Shown one piece after another: positions 48,097 through 56,264 of a stretch of DNA of 64,000 nt (position 1 is its first letter; each line of letters begins with the position of its first letter). Where the stretch lies: contig CALJEK010000022.1 in the NCBI GenBank assembly GCA_938074445.1, forward strand, positions 33,444-97,443, written 5' to 3'. The stretch comes from Candidatus Kryptoniota bacterium. Lineage in GTDB: Bacteria; Bacteroidota; Ignavibacteria; Kryptoniales; Kryptoniaceae. Below the pieces are notes generated by a model. It was not told the origin of the DNA, did no database searches, and was given only the letters and a program-made list of their open reading frames with translations. Position numbers and translations under genes: made by a program.

Positions 48097-48189
48097 TGCC
48101 GTTTTTGAGGGTTTGTTTTTCTGTGTTAATAATTTACTAAAAATTTTGAAGCAATGCCAAAAGATGGAGCAAGATAAAAACGAAAATTT

Positions 48190-48984
48190 TCACATTTTCC
48201 CTGTCCCCTGGCTGTGGCAGACTATGCATGGTTTTTTCCAATCGAAATTTTCAAAATCAAACACAAGGGCATATGTTAAACCTCTGTCTGTCCATGAAAG
48301 GATATTGAATCCATCTCTGCTATCAAGATAGAAGTTAATATCTTTGAAGTTAACTTTTCTTTTTCCGTGCGGGATTGCACTTTTGGGTGGCGCGACGAGC
48401 AAAGTCATCGGGCGACCGTCCATCTCATATGACACAAGCGCAGCGTAATCGTTGTTCAACGCAACGAGGCGAGCTCCTTTTATGCGATATGGTTGATTTG
48501 AAGGATCCGGATAGCGTGGAAGGCGAAAATTGAATTTTAACTTTTTATCAAACCAATTTGAAATTTCTATCTCAGAAGATGTTTCTATCTCAAGTGGGAG
48601 CTGACCGTTAATTTGTCTAATGTGATTTTCTACTGCTATCTCCGCTAAGTCAATGCGCTGTGAGTAAAAATAAATAAACAATAAAACACCAACCAAAAAG
48701 ATTGCGACCGCAGAAATGAGAGAAAGTTGTATAAAAATTTTCTTTCTTTCCGGTTTGAATTTCTCAATTTGCTTTACAAGTTCGGCTTTGAAATCTGTAA
48801 AGTCGATGTTCATTTCATCTTTCAAAACCCTTATTGAATCAACAAAATCACGCTGTTGTTTTAAAATCTTTGCACATTCCTCACATTCTTTTATGTACTG
48901 TTTAAGTTGTTCAAGTTCATCCCCTGCGAGTTCTCCATCAAGGTAAAGGTTTATCCACACTTTAATTGTTTTATGGTCTATCAT
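48190..48984 (-). CDS. Membrane-spanning anti-sigma factor with a C-terminal CXXCH motif
   Basis: 264 aa. Degenerate zf-HC2-like N-terminus (YIKECEEC), one TM helix and a ~155-aa extracytoplasmic domain ending ...KKPCIVCHSQGTGKM. 4-nt overlap with the upstream ECF sigma gene. Confidence 0.7.
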   Translation of the reverse strand: MIDHKTIKVWINLYLDGELAGDELEQLKQYIKECEECAKILKQQRDFVDSIRVLKDEMNIDFTDFKAELVKQIEKFKPERKKIFIQLSLISAVAIFLVGVLLFIYFYSQRIDLAEIAVENHIRQINGQLPLEIETSSEIEISNWFDKKLKFNFRLPRYPDPSNQPYRIKGARLVALNNDYAALVSYEMDGRPMTLLVAPPKSAIPHGKRKVNFKDINFYLDSRDGFNILSWTDRGLTYALVFDFENFDWKKPCIVCHSQGTGKM

Positions 48985-49496
48985 AGTTGCTTCTTTTCGT
49001 AAATTTTTAAAAATGTTTCTTTAAGTTTTTCCCTCGCCCTGTTTAATCTTGACATAACTGTGCCAAGCGGGCAATTGAGAATTCTTGAAATTTCGCTGTA
49101 TGAAAAATCTTCAAAATACCGCAAGACCAAAATTTCTTTATAAGTATCCGGCAAATCGTTCAATGCTTTCATCAGTAATTGGCGCATTTCATTATTAATT
49201 AACAATTCCTCTGGGTTTATATTCCATTCATCGCTCATACTTTCAATCGTTTCGTCAATATGAACAGGTGAAATTAAATTTCTTTTTCGTTGATTCAACC
49301 ACAGATTTCTCATAATCGTAAAAAGCCATGCTTTCACATTTGAATTTTCATCAAGCGATTCCATATTTTTTAATGCTTTGTAGCAAGTCTCCTGAACGAG
49401 GTCTTTAGCGTCTTCCTCATTTCCCGTCATCGTATACGCATACCGTAATAAAGAATCAATTGAGTTGATGATTTCTTTTTTAATTTTTTCGGACAT
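48981..49496 (-). CDS. ECF-type RNA polymerase sigma factor
   Basis: 171 aa. Region 2 (DLVQETCYKALKN, WLFTIMRNLWLNQRKR) and region 4 (LVLRYFEDFSYSEISRILNCPLGTVMSRLNRAREKL). Confidence 0.9.
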   Translation of the reverse strand: MSEKIKKEIINSIDSLLRYAYTMTGNEEDAKDLVQETCYKALKNMESLDENSNVKAWLFTIMRNLWLNQRKRNLISPVHIDETIESMSDEWNINPEELLINNEMRQLLMKALNDLPDTYKEILVLRYFEDFSYSEISRILNCPLGTVMSRLNRAREKLKETFLKIYEKKQL

Positions 49497-49567
49497 CGAC
49501 GATTTTCAAAAGTTTTCATATGATAAGTAAATATAAAAGGCGAAATTGAGATTTCAAACAGAAAGTG

Positions 49568-49640
49568 TGGAGCCGACGGGATTCGAACCCGTGACCTCCA
49601 GAGTGCGATTCTGGCGCTCTCCCATCTGAGCTACGGCCCC
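49568..49640 (-). tRNA. tRNA-Ala (anticodon CGC)
   Basis: Reverse complement is GGGGCCGTAGCTCAGATGGGAGAGCGCCAGAATCGCACTCTGGAGGTCACGGGTTCGAATCCCGTCGGCTCCA. It folds as a cloverleaf with the G3:U70 alanine identity pair and anticodon loop AUCGCAC. No encoded CCA. Confidence 0.9.
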
Positions 49641-49695
49641 TTGCGATTCAGTATTAAATATATTGAACACAGGCTGGAAAAGCAAATTACCGCTT

Positions 49696-49724
49696 GGAAT
49701 AAATCCACATTTTAACTTGTCTTA
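49696..49724 (+). promoter_or_regulatory. ECF-type promoter candidate (GGAAT-N18-GTCTTA) upstream of the cytochrome c peroxidase operon
   Basis: GGAAT at 49696-49700 and GTCTTA at 49719-49724, 37 nt before the ATG. Resembles GGAAC/GTCT-type ECF promoters. Weak evidence. Confidence 0.3.
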
Positions 49725-49760
49725 ATAATTGAAAGTCGAAAAATAAAAAAACAACGACCA

Positions 49761-50915
49761 ATGCGAGGGTTAGAAAAATTTTATCGGTTTATTTTGCTAT
49801 TCATTGCCTTTTTGTTATCTTTCGCATTCATCAGTGAAAAGCAGGCAAGTTCATCTTCAAAGGTAAGTTATGAAGTGAAAATCCCATTTGGTATCCCAAG
49901 GGATTTATGGGAGATATTCATTCCCCCAGATAATCCGATAACGCCTGAAAAGGTTGAACTTGGGAGAAAGCTTTATTTTGACAAGCGTCTTTCTGTCGAT
50001 AACACCGTTTCTTGCGCTACCTGCCACGATCCAAAGTTTGCCTTCACCGATGCTAAAAAGACAAGTGAAGGGGTTAAAGGATTAAAAGGCGCACGGAATG
50101 CTCCAACAGTTTTAAATGCAATGTTTTTTGAACAACAGTTTTGGGATGGAAGAGCTCCAACGCTTGAGGAACAGGCAAAACAGCCGATAATCAACCCAGT
50201 TGAAATGGGTATGCCGGACCATGACGCTGTTGTTAAAAAATTAAAGGGAATCCCTGAATATGTTGAAGCGTTTAAAAAAGTTTTCGGGGGTGAGATCACC
50301 ATTGATAGAGTTGCGCAGGCTATCGCTGCCTTTGAGAGGACACTATTGACAGGTAATTCACCTTTTGATAGGTTCATCGCTGGAGATGAAAATGCAATTA
50401 GTGAATCCGCAAAGAGAGGATGGCAGTTGTTTCAAGGTAAAGCCAGGTGTATAACCTGTCATGAGTTTAATCGCTCAAATCCATTTTTCACAGATAATAA
50501 ATATCATAACATAGGTGTTGCGATGAACAAGGAAGGATTTGCGGAGCTTGCCAGAAAGGCTGAACATCTTGCAAAGCAGGGACGACTTGATAAGAGAAAA
50601 CTTGACGAGCTTGCGCTTGATCCAGCATTTTCCGAAATTGGGAGATTTCTTGTAACGTTTAACCCTAAAGATATCGGTGCGTTTAAAACTCCAACTTTGA
50701 GAGATGTTGAACTTACCGCACCTTATATGCACGATGGGAGTGAGGCTACGCTTATGGATGTGATTGAATTTTACAACAGGGGCGGGAATGAAAATCCAAA
50801 TCTTTCTGGTGAGATGCGACCTCTTAATTTAACTGAGCAGGAAAAGCAAGACCTCGTTGAGTTTTTAAAGACGTTAACGGGCGAGTTTCCAAAAGATTTC
50901 CCCGAAAATAAATGA
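49761..50915 (+). CDS. Di-haem cytochrome c peroxidase (CCP/MauG family)
   Basis: 384 aa. Signal anchor, two CXXCH motifs (CATCH, CITCH), FWDGRA, PMxxxE and the TPTLRDVELTAPYMHDGS motif. Confidence 0.9.
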   Translation: MRGLEKFYRFILLFIAFLLSFAFISEKQASSSSKVSYEVKIPFGIPRDLWEIFIPPDNPITPEKVELGRKLYFDKRLSVDNTVSCATCHDPKFAFTDAKKTSEGVKGLKGARNAPTVLNAMFFEQQFWDGRAPTLEEQAKQPIINPVEMGMPDHDAVVKKLKGIPEYVEAFKKVFGGEITIDRVAQAIAAFERTLLTGNSPFDRFIAGDENAISESAKRGWQLFQGKARCITCHEFNRSNPFFTDNKYHNIGVAMNKEGFAELARKAEHLAKQGRLDKRKLDELALDPAFSEIGRFLVTFNPKDIGAFKTPTLRDVELTAPYMHDGSEATLMDVIEFYNRGGNENPNLSGEMRPLNLTEQEKQDLVEFLKTLTGEFPKDFPENK

Positions 50916-50942
50916 ACAAATAAACAAAGGAGGTGCAAAATT

Positions 50943-52094
50943 ATGCCTAAAATGCCAAGTGAGAGGAAAGAAGAGCAATACTTGAAAGAGCGAGAGGAAT
51001 TTTTTAAGGCTCTTCCAAAGTTAAACCGAAGGCAGTTTCTTAAAGTTGCGATGGCTTCCGCAGCGGTTGCGCTTGCGAAGAATCAATTCCCGCCACATTC
51101 ATTTCAGCTTGTTGAAGCGGTTGAGGCAAAGCAGGGTGGCGGAACTGAAGTCAAGTTCAGGTTCGCTTATATTTCAGATACTCATCTTTACGAGAGGAAG
51201 CTTAATGAAAGATTTGTCCGCGCTGCTTTGAAGGCAGTTCAAGATGTAAATGCACTCGACCCACAGCCTGATTTCGTTTTGTTCGGTGGTGACCTTGCTC
51301 AGCTCGGACAGCCTGAGGAGTTAAAACTTGGTAAAGAGATTTTAAGTGAAGTTAAAGCAAAAATTTATATGATGGTTGGGGAACACGATTGGTATCTTGA
51401 TCTTGGTGAGAAGTGGATTGAACTATTTGGTCAACAGTATTATTCATTTGATCATAAGGGAGTGCATTTTATCGTTTTAAATTCTGTCATTGTGGATGAT
51501 TATTGGACGGAAGCAAAGATGACCCCGATGGAGAGAATGAAGTTTATGGCTCAGCTTGACAATCCAAAAGGAAGACCGTTCACAGTTGGAAAAGGTTATG
51601 GAGATGTTGGCAGGAAACAGTTTGAATGGTTGAAGCAGGACCTTGCAAAAGTTTCAAAAGATACTCCCGTAGTTGTTTTCTCTCATTCCCCGCTTTATAA
51701 GTATTACAAGCCATGGAATTTCTGGACGGATGATGCGGAGGAAGTTCAAGCGCTGTTAAGACCATTTAAGAATGTCACTGTGATTCATGGGCATACACAT
51801 CAACCTGTGTTTAACAAAATTGGAAACATAAACTTTTATGGTATGCTTTCAACTGCTTGGCCATGGCCTTATGCGCCGACGGGTCTTCCGAAATTGACAA
51901 TTAAAATGAACAGAGCTGACCCATTTGATCAATTTGATGGCACGGGTGATGGAACTGTTGAGATTTTGGCAAATGGGAAAGCGAACAAAATTTATAATCT
52001 CTGGAGTAGAGAACCAATGAAAGTTACAGCCAGATATCTTGAATCAGGCGGAAGGGAAGAAGTTCCGCCACTTCCCGTTGATCCATCGTTTTAA
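50943..52094 (+). CDS. Tat-exported calcineurin-like metallophosphoesterase
   Basis: 383 aa. Twin-arginine signal NRRQFLKVAMASAAVALA. Motifs ISDTH, GGDL, VGEHDW (Glu where the GNHD/E Asn is expected), SHSP, HGHTH. Confidence 0.8.
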   Translation: MPKMPSERKEEQYLKEREEFFKALPKLNRRQFLKVAMASAAVALAKNQFPPHSFQLVEAVEAKQGGGTEVKFRFAYISDTHLYERKLNERFVRAALKAVQDVNALDPQPDFVLFGGDLAQLGQPEELKLGKEILSEVKAKIYMMVGEHDWYLDLGEKWIELFGQQYYSFDHKGVHFIVLNSVIVDDYWTEAKMTPMERMKFMAQLDNPKGRPFTVGKGYGDVGRKQFEWLKQDLAKVSKDTPVVVFSHSPLYKYYKPWNFWTDDAEEVQALLRPFKNVTVIHGHTHQPVFNKIGNINFYGMLSTAWPWPYAPTGLPKLTIKMNRADPFDQFDGTGDGTVEILANGKANKIYNLWSREPMKVTARYLESGGREEVPPLPVDPSF

Positions 52095-52119
52095 AAATAA
52101 ACTTAAAGGAGAGATTTTT

Positions 52120-52728
52120 ATGAAGAGAAAAATCGCTTTGTTTAGCCTTATTTTTCTCGCAGGCATATTTTTAAGTGGTAAAAATGATTCAAGCGCCATT
52201 GACGGCAAAGGTGATAAGAAATCTGAAAAGAAAGTTATAACGGCATGTGATGGGGAAACACAAGTTGTTTTGAATGATGTTTCAAAAGATGAAGTTATGT
52301 CGCGGGAGAAAGCGCAAGAGGTTGCAGGTATGCTTTTGGCTACATATCAACAGCAGAAGAAATATCAATCAACAAAATTTACGAGGAGGGACTCTTTAAT
52401 TTGGGAACGAGAGTTGAAAGCAATGATTGAGGAAGGATACAAGTGGTTTCACGACCCATCACTTGGAACAAATGGAATTTCATGCGATATGTGTCATCCT
52501 GATGCAGCGGATAATCACCCCGAGACATATCCGAAGTTTCAAATTCAATTGAAAAGAATTGCCTTGCTTCGTGATATGATCAATTGGTGCATTGAAAATC
52601 CAATGGAGGGCAAACCTCTTAAGGAAGATGACCCACGGATGAAAGCAATGGAGGCGTATATAATCTGGGCTCGCGCCAATCAAGACCCAAGACCTCATGC
52701 CAAGATACTAAACCCTGGAAAGAGATGA
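52120..52728 (+). CDS. Secreted mono-haem c-type cytochrome, SoxA/TsdA-like haem domain (tentative)
   Basis: 202 aa from the ATG at 52120 (AAGGAG Shine-Dalgarno). Signal peptide, a single CDMCH motif and a downstream DMINWCIENPMEGKPL segment. The ORF-track start at 52039 overlaps the previous gene and is rejected. Confidence 0.7.
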   Translation: MKRKIALFSLIFLAGIFLSGKNDSSAIDGKGDKKSEKKVITACDGETQVVLNDVSKDEVMSREKAQEVAGMLLATYQQQKKYQSTKFTRRDSLIWERELKAMIEEGYKWFHDPSLGTNGISCDMCHPDAADNHPETYPKFQIQLKRIALLRDMINWCIENPMEGKPLKEDDPRMKAMEAYIIWARANQDPRPHAKILNPGKR

Positions 52729-52737
52729 TCTATCTTC

Positions 52738-52770
52738 AAGCCCCAACGATAAGTTGGGGCTTTTTTGTTT
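52738..52770 (+). terminator. Rho-independent terminator after the cytochrome operon
   Basis: GCCCCAAC-gataa-GTTGGGGC hairpin followed by T6. Confidence 0.85.
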
Positions 52771-52855
52771 AATAATCTTATTCAAATGCCCAATATTAGC
52801 CATCCTTTTACTTTGTTCATTCCGCAAAAATTTCTCTCTTTTGCAAAAAGTTAAA

Positions 52856-52871
52856 TGGCACAGCCTTTGTG
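52856..52871 (+). promoter_or_regulatory. Sigma-54-like -24/-12 motif upstream of fliL
   Basis: TGGCAC-agcct-TTGTG. The -24 element is perfect. The -12 element has GT instead of the near-invariant GC. Confidence 0.3.
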
Positions 52872-52899
52872 TTTATTTATTAGAGAAAGTTTAAACAAA

Positions 52900-53481
52900 A
52901 TGAGTTTAAAGATGTTAGAGAAATCCGTGGCTCAGCAACAGGTATCCGTGTCACAAAATCAGCCTGAAACGACACATAAAAGCAATAAAAAAATAATTTT
53001 TTTTGTTTCGATCCCCATTGTCATTTTGCAAATTATCATCGCCTATCTTCTTGTTCTTGATTTGAACTCGAAGAATGAGGTTTCAAATAACGCTCAAAAA
53101 CAGCTAAAACCACAAATACCTGAAGGAAAAGTAGTGGATGAGTATAAAATTAGCGAATCTGAATTTGTTAGCACACATCCTGAATTTTTGTTTGTTGTTA
53201 AAGATTTAATTGTGAATCCTGCTGGAACAGGGGGGATGAGATATTTATTAACAAGTGTTGGGATAGAAGTAACAAATGAGAGAGCATTTGCGGAAATTCA
53301 AAGCAAGGAAATCATAGTGAATGATATTTTAATAAACGTCCTTTCAAATAAGACACTTGAGGAATTAAGCGATGTTTCCAAACGTAAAGATTTAAGAAGG
53401 GAAATAGCAAGGAAAGTTGATGATATCTTAACGCAGGGGAAGGTGCGAAATATTTATTTCAGTAAATTTATAATCCAGTGA
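52900..53481 (+). CDS. fliL: Flagellar basal-body-associated protein FliL
   Basis: Single TM (IIFFVSIPIVILQIIIAYLLVL) and a C-terminal FliL-like domain ending VRNIYFSKFIIQ. The ATG at 52900 is preferred over the one at 52855, but the start is uncertain. Confidence 0.75.
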   Translation: MSLKMLEKSVAQQQVSVSQNQPETTHKSNKKIIFFVSIPIVILQIIIAYLLVLDLNSKNEVSNNAQKQLKPQIPEGKVVDEYKISESEFVSTHPEFLFVVKDLIVNPAGTGGMRYLLTSVGIEVTNERAFAEIQSKEIIVNDILINVLSNKTLEELSDVSKRKDLRREIARKVDDILTQGKVRNIYFSKFIIQ

Positions 53482-53490
53482 TAAGGAACA

Positions 53491-54486
53491 ATGCCAGAGA
53501 TTTTATCACAGCAGGAAATAGATAGTTTACTGGCGGGTTTTAGCGCTGGGAAATCACCTGGAGAGATAATATCAAAGCAAGGAGTAAAAGAAGTTGTCCC
53601 ATATGAATTTCGTCGTCCGAGCCGTGTTTCGAAGAATCAGATAAGAACTGTTCAAACGCTACACCAAAATTTTGCGGAATCACTTGCCTATTACCTCACA
53701 AGTCGTCTTCAAACCCCAGTCTCAATCCATGTTGAAAATGTCGATCAACTTTTTTATTCGGAGTATATACTTTCGGTTGAAAAGCCAAGCGTAATCTTTA
53801 CGCTTTCAGCTGGGGAAAACAGAGGGGAATTCATTTTTGAACTTGGTCTTGAATTTTCATTTGTGTTAATTGAGAAGTTGCTCGGTGGAAATGTTGAGGT
53901 TCCTGAACTTGAGAAGAAAAAGGTCGTAAGGGCTTTGACGCAGATAGAGCAGAACTTAATCAGGGGCATAGTTGAACGCTCAATCTCTGAACTTGAGAAA
54001 GCATGGAATATAATTGATTCGTTTAAGTTTAGAATTACAAAGTACGAAAGCGATCCTGACATCGTACAGATTGCACCATCGAGTGAGATTGTTCTTGTTA
54101 TTTCGTTCACTGTCTCACTTGGTAATAGAAATTATAGGATGTCTATGTGTTATCCAATGTTTGTAATTGAAGATACGCTTACAAAGATGACGCTTCAAAA
54201 ATTTATGGGTGTTAAGAAGCATACGCCAGAGGAGTATTTGAAATATATATCAGAAAAAATTAAAACAACGAAAATTCCTATAAGCGTTGAGCTTGGGCAG
54301 AGCGAAATAACTATTGTGGATTTTTTAAATCTTAATGTTGGGGATATAATCTTGCTTGACACAAATGTTGAGTCAGAGGTCAAGGTTTACATTGCTGGCA
54401 AGTTAAAACTTTACGGAAAACCTGGAATTTTCGATGGGAGAAAGGCAGTGAAAATAACAAGAATTGCAAACAACGAGGAGGGTTAA
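53491..54486 (+). CDS. fliM: Flagellar motor switch protein FliM
   Basis: 331 aa. N-terminal [10 protein letters not shown] CheY-P-binding-type motif, FliM middle domain and a SpoA-like C-terminus. Confidence 0.9.
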   Translation: MPEILSQQEIDSLLAGFSAGKSPGEIISKQGVKEVVPYEFRRPSRVSKNQIRTVQTLHQNFAESLAYYLTSRLQTPVSIHVENVDQLFYSEYILSVEKPSVIFTLSAGENRGEFIFELGLEFSFVLIEKLLGGNVEVPELEKKKVVRALTQIEQNLIRGIVERSISELEKAWNIIDSFKFRITKYESDPDIVQIAPSSEIVLVISFTVSLGNRNYRMSMCYPMFVIEDTLTKMTLQKFMGVKKHTPEEYLKYISEKIKTTKIPISVELGQSEITIVDFLNLNVGDIILLDTNVESEVKVYIAGKLKLYGKPGIFDGRKAVKITRIANNEEG

Positions 54487-54857
54487 TGATGGAAAGGGAA
54501 AAATTACCAGGGCAAGGGGAGGTTAAAAATGCTGAATTTCAAAAATTCGAGGGGTTAACGACAGAACAAAGCTCACAAACCGAAAAAATTATTAACAGCA
54601 AACTTGAGCTTTTGTTTGATGTTATGCTACCAGTTTCGATTGAACTTGGACGGACAACGATGTTAATAAAAGATATACTTGAGCTTGACCGTGGTTCGAT
54701 AATTGAGCTTGATAAACTTGCAAGCGAACCAGTTGATGTTATCGTCAATGGCAAAAAGATTGCGGAAGGAGAAGTCGTTGTGATAGATAAACATTTTGGC
54801 GTTAGAATTACGAATCTTATCACAGTTGAGGAAAGGCTAAAAAACGTTAAAAGGTGA
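54486..54857 (+). CDS. fliN: Flagellar motor switch protein FliN
   Basis: 123 aa. SpoA domain ([59 protein letters not shown]). Confidence 0.9.
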   Translation: MMEREKLPGQGEVKNAEFQKFEGLTTEQSSQTEKIINSKLELLFDVMLPVSIELGRTTMLIKDILELDRGSIIELDKLASEPVDVIVNGKKIAEGEVVVIDKHFGVRITNLITVEERLKNVKR

Positions 54858-54858
54858 A

Positions 54859-55191
54859 ATGCTTGGCATTTTGGGAAAGTTGCTCTTATCGCTTGCGCTT
54901 ATAATTTCTTTGATGACGGTTCTTTTCTACCTAATGAAAAAGTTTCATTTGCCCAGCGAGCTTTTTCGTAGTCCCACCGCTAATATAAAAATCTATGAAA
55001 AGTTACAAATTCAACCCAAAAAGGCAATTTATCTCGTGAAGGTTCTAAACAAAATTTTAGTTCTTGGGATAAGTGAAAGTTCTTTTACCGTTTTAACTGA
55101 GATAAATGACCCTGAATTTGTAAGAGCACTTGACGAAATTTATTTTTCCGAAGATAGTAAAAATGGGAAGTTGTTTAAATTTAAAGCATAG
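54859..55191 (+). CDS. fliO: Flagellar biosynthesis protein FliO
   Basis: 110 aa. Single N-terminal TM plus the pattern KAIYLVKVLNKILVLGISE. Position is between fliN and fliP. Confidence 0.7.
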   Translation: MLGILGKLLLSLALIISLMTVLFYLMKKFHLPSELFRSPTANIKIYEKLQIQPKKAIYLVKVLNKILVLGISESSFTVLTEINDPEFVRALDEIYFSEDSKNGKLFKFKA

Positions 55192-55205
55192 AGGTGATTT
55201 TTGAG

Positions 55206-55967
55206 ATGAGAAAACTTACATTGTCATTAACTCTCATTCTTTTAGTTTCAATCGGGAATGCGCAATCAATCTCGGGAGACAAAATTACTTTTCCTATCCC
55301 AAAGATAACAGTTGAAGTTGGAAAGGCGCAAAACTCAGATGATCTCGCTGTGACCTTACAGATTTTGCTTTTAATGACAGTTCTCTCGCTTGCACCTGCA
55401 ATAATTATTTTGACAACATCATTTACGAGGATAATCGTTGTTTTTCATTTTTTAAAGCAAGCTTTAGGGGTTCAGCAGATGCCCCCAAGCCAAGTGCTTG
55501 TCGGTCTTGCTCTTTTCATCACATTTTTTATAATGTCCCCTGTCTGGGATGAGATTAATAAAAATGCATTGCAACCATATCTAAGAAATGAAATCACGCA
55601 AGCTGAGGCATATGAAAAAGCAATAGAGCCACTTCGTGAGTTTATGTTTAAACAAGTTCGTGAAGATGACCTTGCTCTTTTTGTTTCACTTGCGAATCTT
55701 CCAAAACCAAATAATAAAGATGAAATCCCAACCCACGTGCTTATCCCAGCATTTGCTATCAGTGAGCTTAAAATCGCATTTCAAATTGGGTTTCTTATTT
55801 ATGTTCCATTTTTGATGATTGATTTAATCGTTGCAAGTGTTTTAATGTCAATGGGAATGATAATGCTTCCACCTGTGATGATTTCATTGCCGTTTAAAGT
55901 TTTGCTTTTCATTCTGATAGATGGGTGGCATCTCGTCGTTCAGTCACTGATTCAAAGTTTTCACTAA
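55206..55967 (+). CDS. fliP: Flagellar export gate protein FliP
   Basis: Signal peptide, then LLLMTVLSLAPAIIILTTSFTRIIVVFHFLKQALG and FLIYVPFLMIDLIVASVLMSMGM. GAGGTG Shine-Dalgarno before the ATG at 55206. Confidence 0.95.
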   Translation: MRKLTLSLTLILLVSIGNAQSISGDKITFPIPKITVEVGKAQNSDDLAVTLQILLLMTVLSLAPAIIILTTSFTRIIVVFHFLKQALGVQQMPPSQVLVGLALFITFFIMSPVWDEINKNALQPYLRNEITQAEAYEKAIEPLREFMFKQVREDDLALFVSLANLPKPNNKDEIPTHVLIPAFAISELKIAFQIGFLIYVPFLMIDLIVASVLMSMGMIMLPPVMISLPFKVLLFILIDGWHLVVQSLIQSFH

Positions 55968-55989
55968 AATTTATGTGGGAAAGTTTAAA

Positions 55990-56259
55990 ATGACCGAGCA
56001 ATTTATAATTCATCTTGCAAGAGAAGCATTTTTTACGGCGCTTTTGATCTCTGCTCCTGTCCTTATAGCTTCTGCGATCGTCGGATTGATAATTTCAATT
56101 TTTCAATCTGCAACCTCGATAAATGAGATGACATTAACATTTGTCCCCAAGCTTATTGTGATAGCGGTTGTAACTGTTATCGCCTTGCCGTGGATAATCG
56201 ATGTTATTGTTAGCTTCACGAGGGAATTATTTAACCAGATACCAAACATAGCGAAGTAA
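55990..56259 (+). CDS. fliQ: Flagellar export gate protein FliQ
   Basis: 89 aa, two TM helices. Typical FliQ pattern (SIFQSATSINEMTLTFVPKL). Confidence 0.9.
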   Translation: MTEQFIIHLAREAFFTALLISAPVLIASAIVGLIISIFQSATSINEMTLTFVPKLIVIAVVTVIALPWIIDVIVSFTRELFNQIPNIAK

Positions 56260-56264
56260 TTTGA

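Noticed and set aside
49497-49760. tRNA-Ala as a possible integration hotspot with a mobile element or genomic island.
   Set aside because: There is no integrase, no direct repeat of the tRNA 3' end, no phage or transposon genes, and no obvious compositional break on either side.
52039-52119. ORF-track N-terminal extension of the small cytochrome gene, overlapping the metallophosphoesterase by 56 nt. Similar alternative-start extensions lie at 7662, 29364, 55194, 55975, 57028, 60846 and 62366.
   Set aside because: In each case an internal ATG preceded by a good Shine-Dalgarno gives the canonical N-terminus (signal peptide, lipobox or conserved family start). The extensions begin at TTG or GTG codons and add non-homologous residues.
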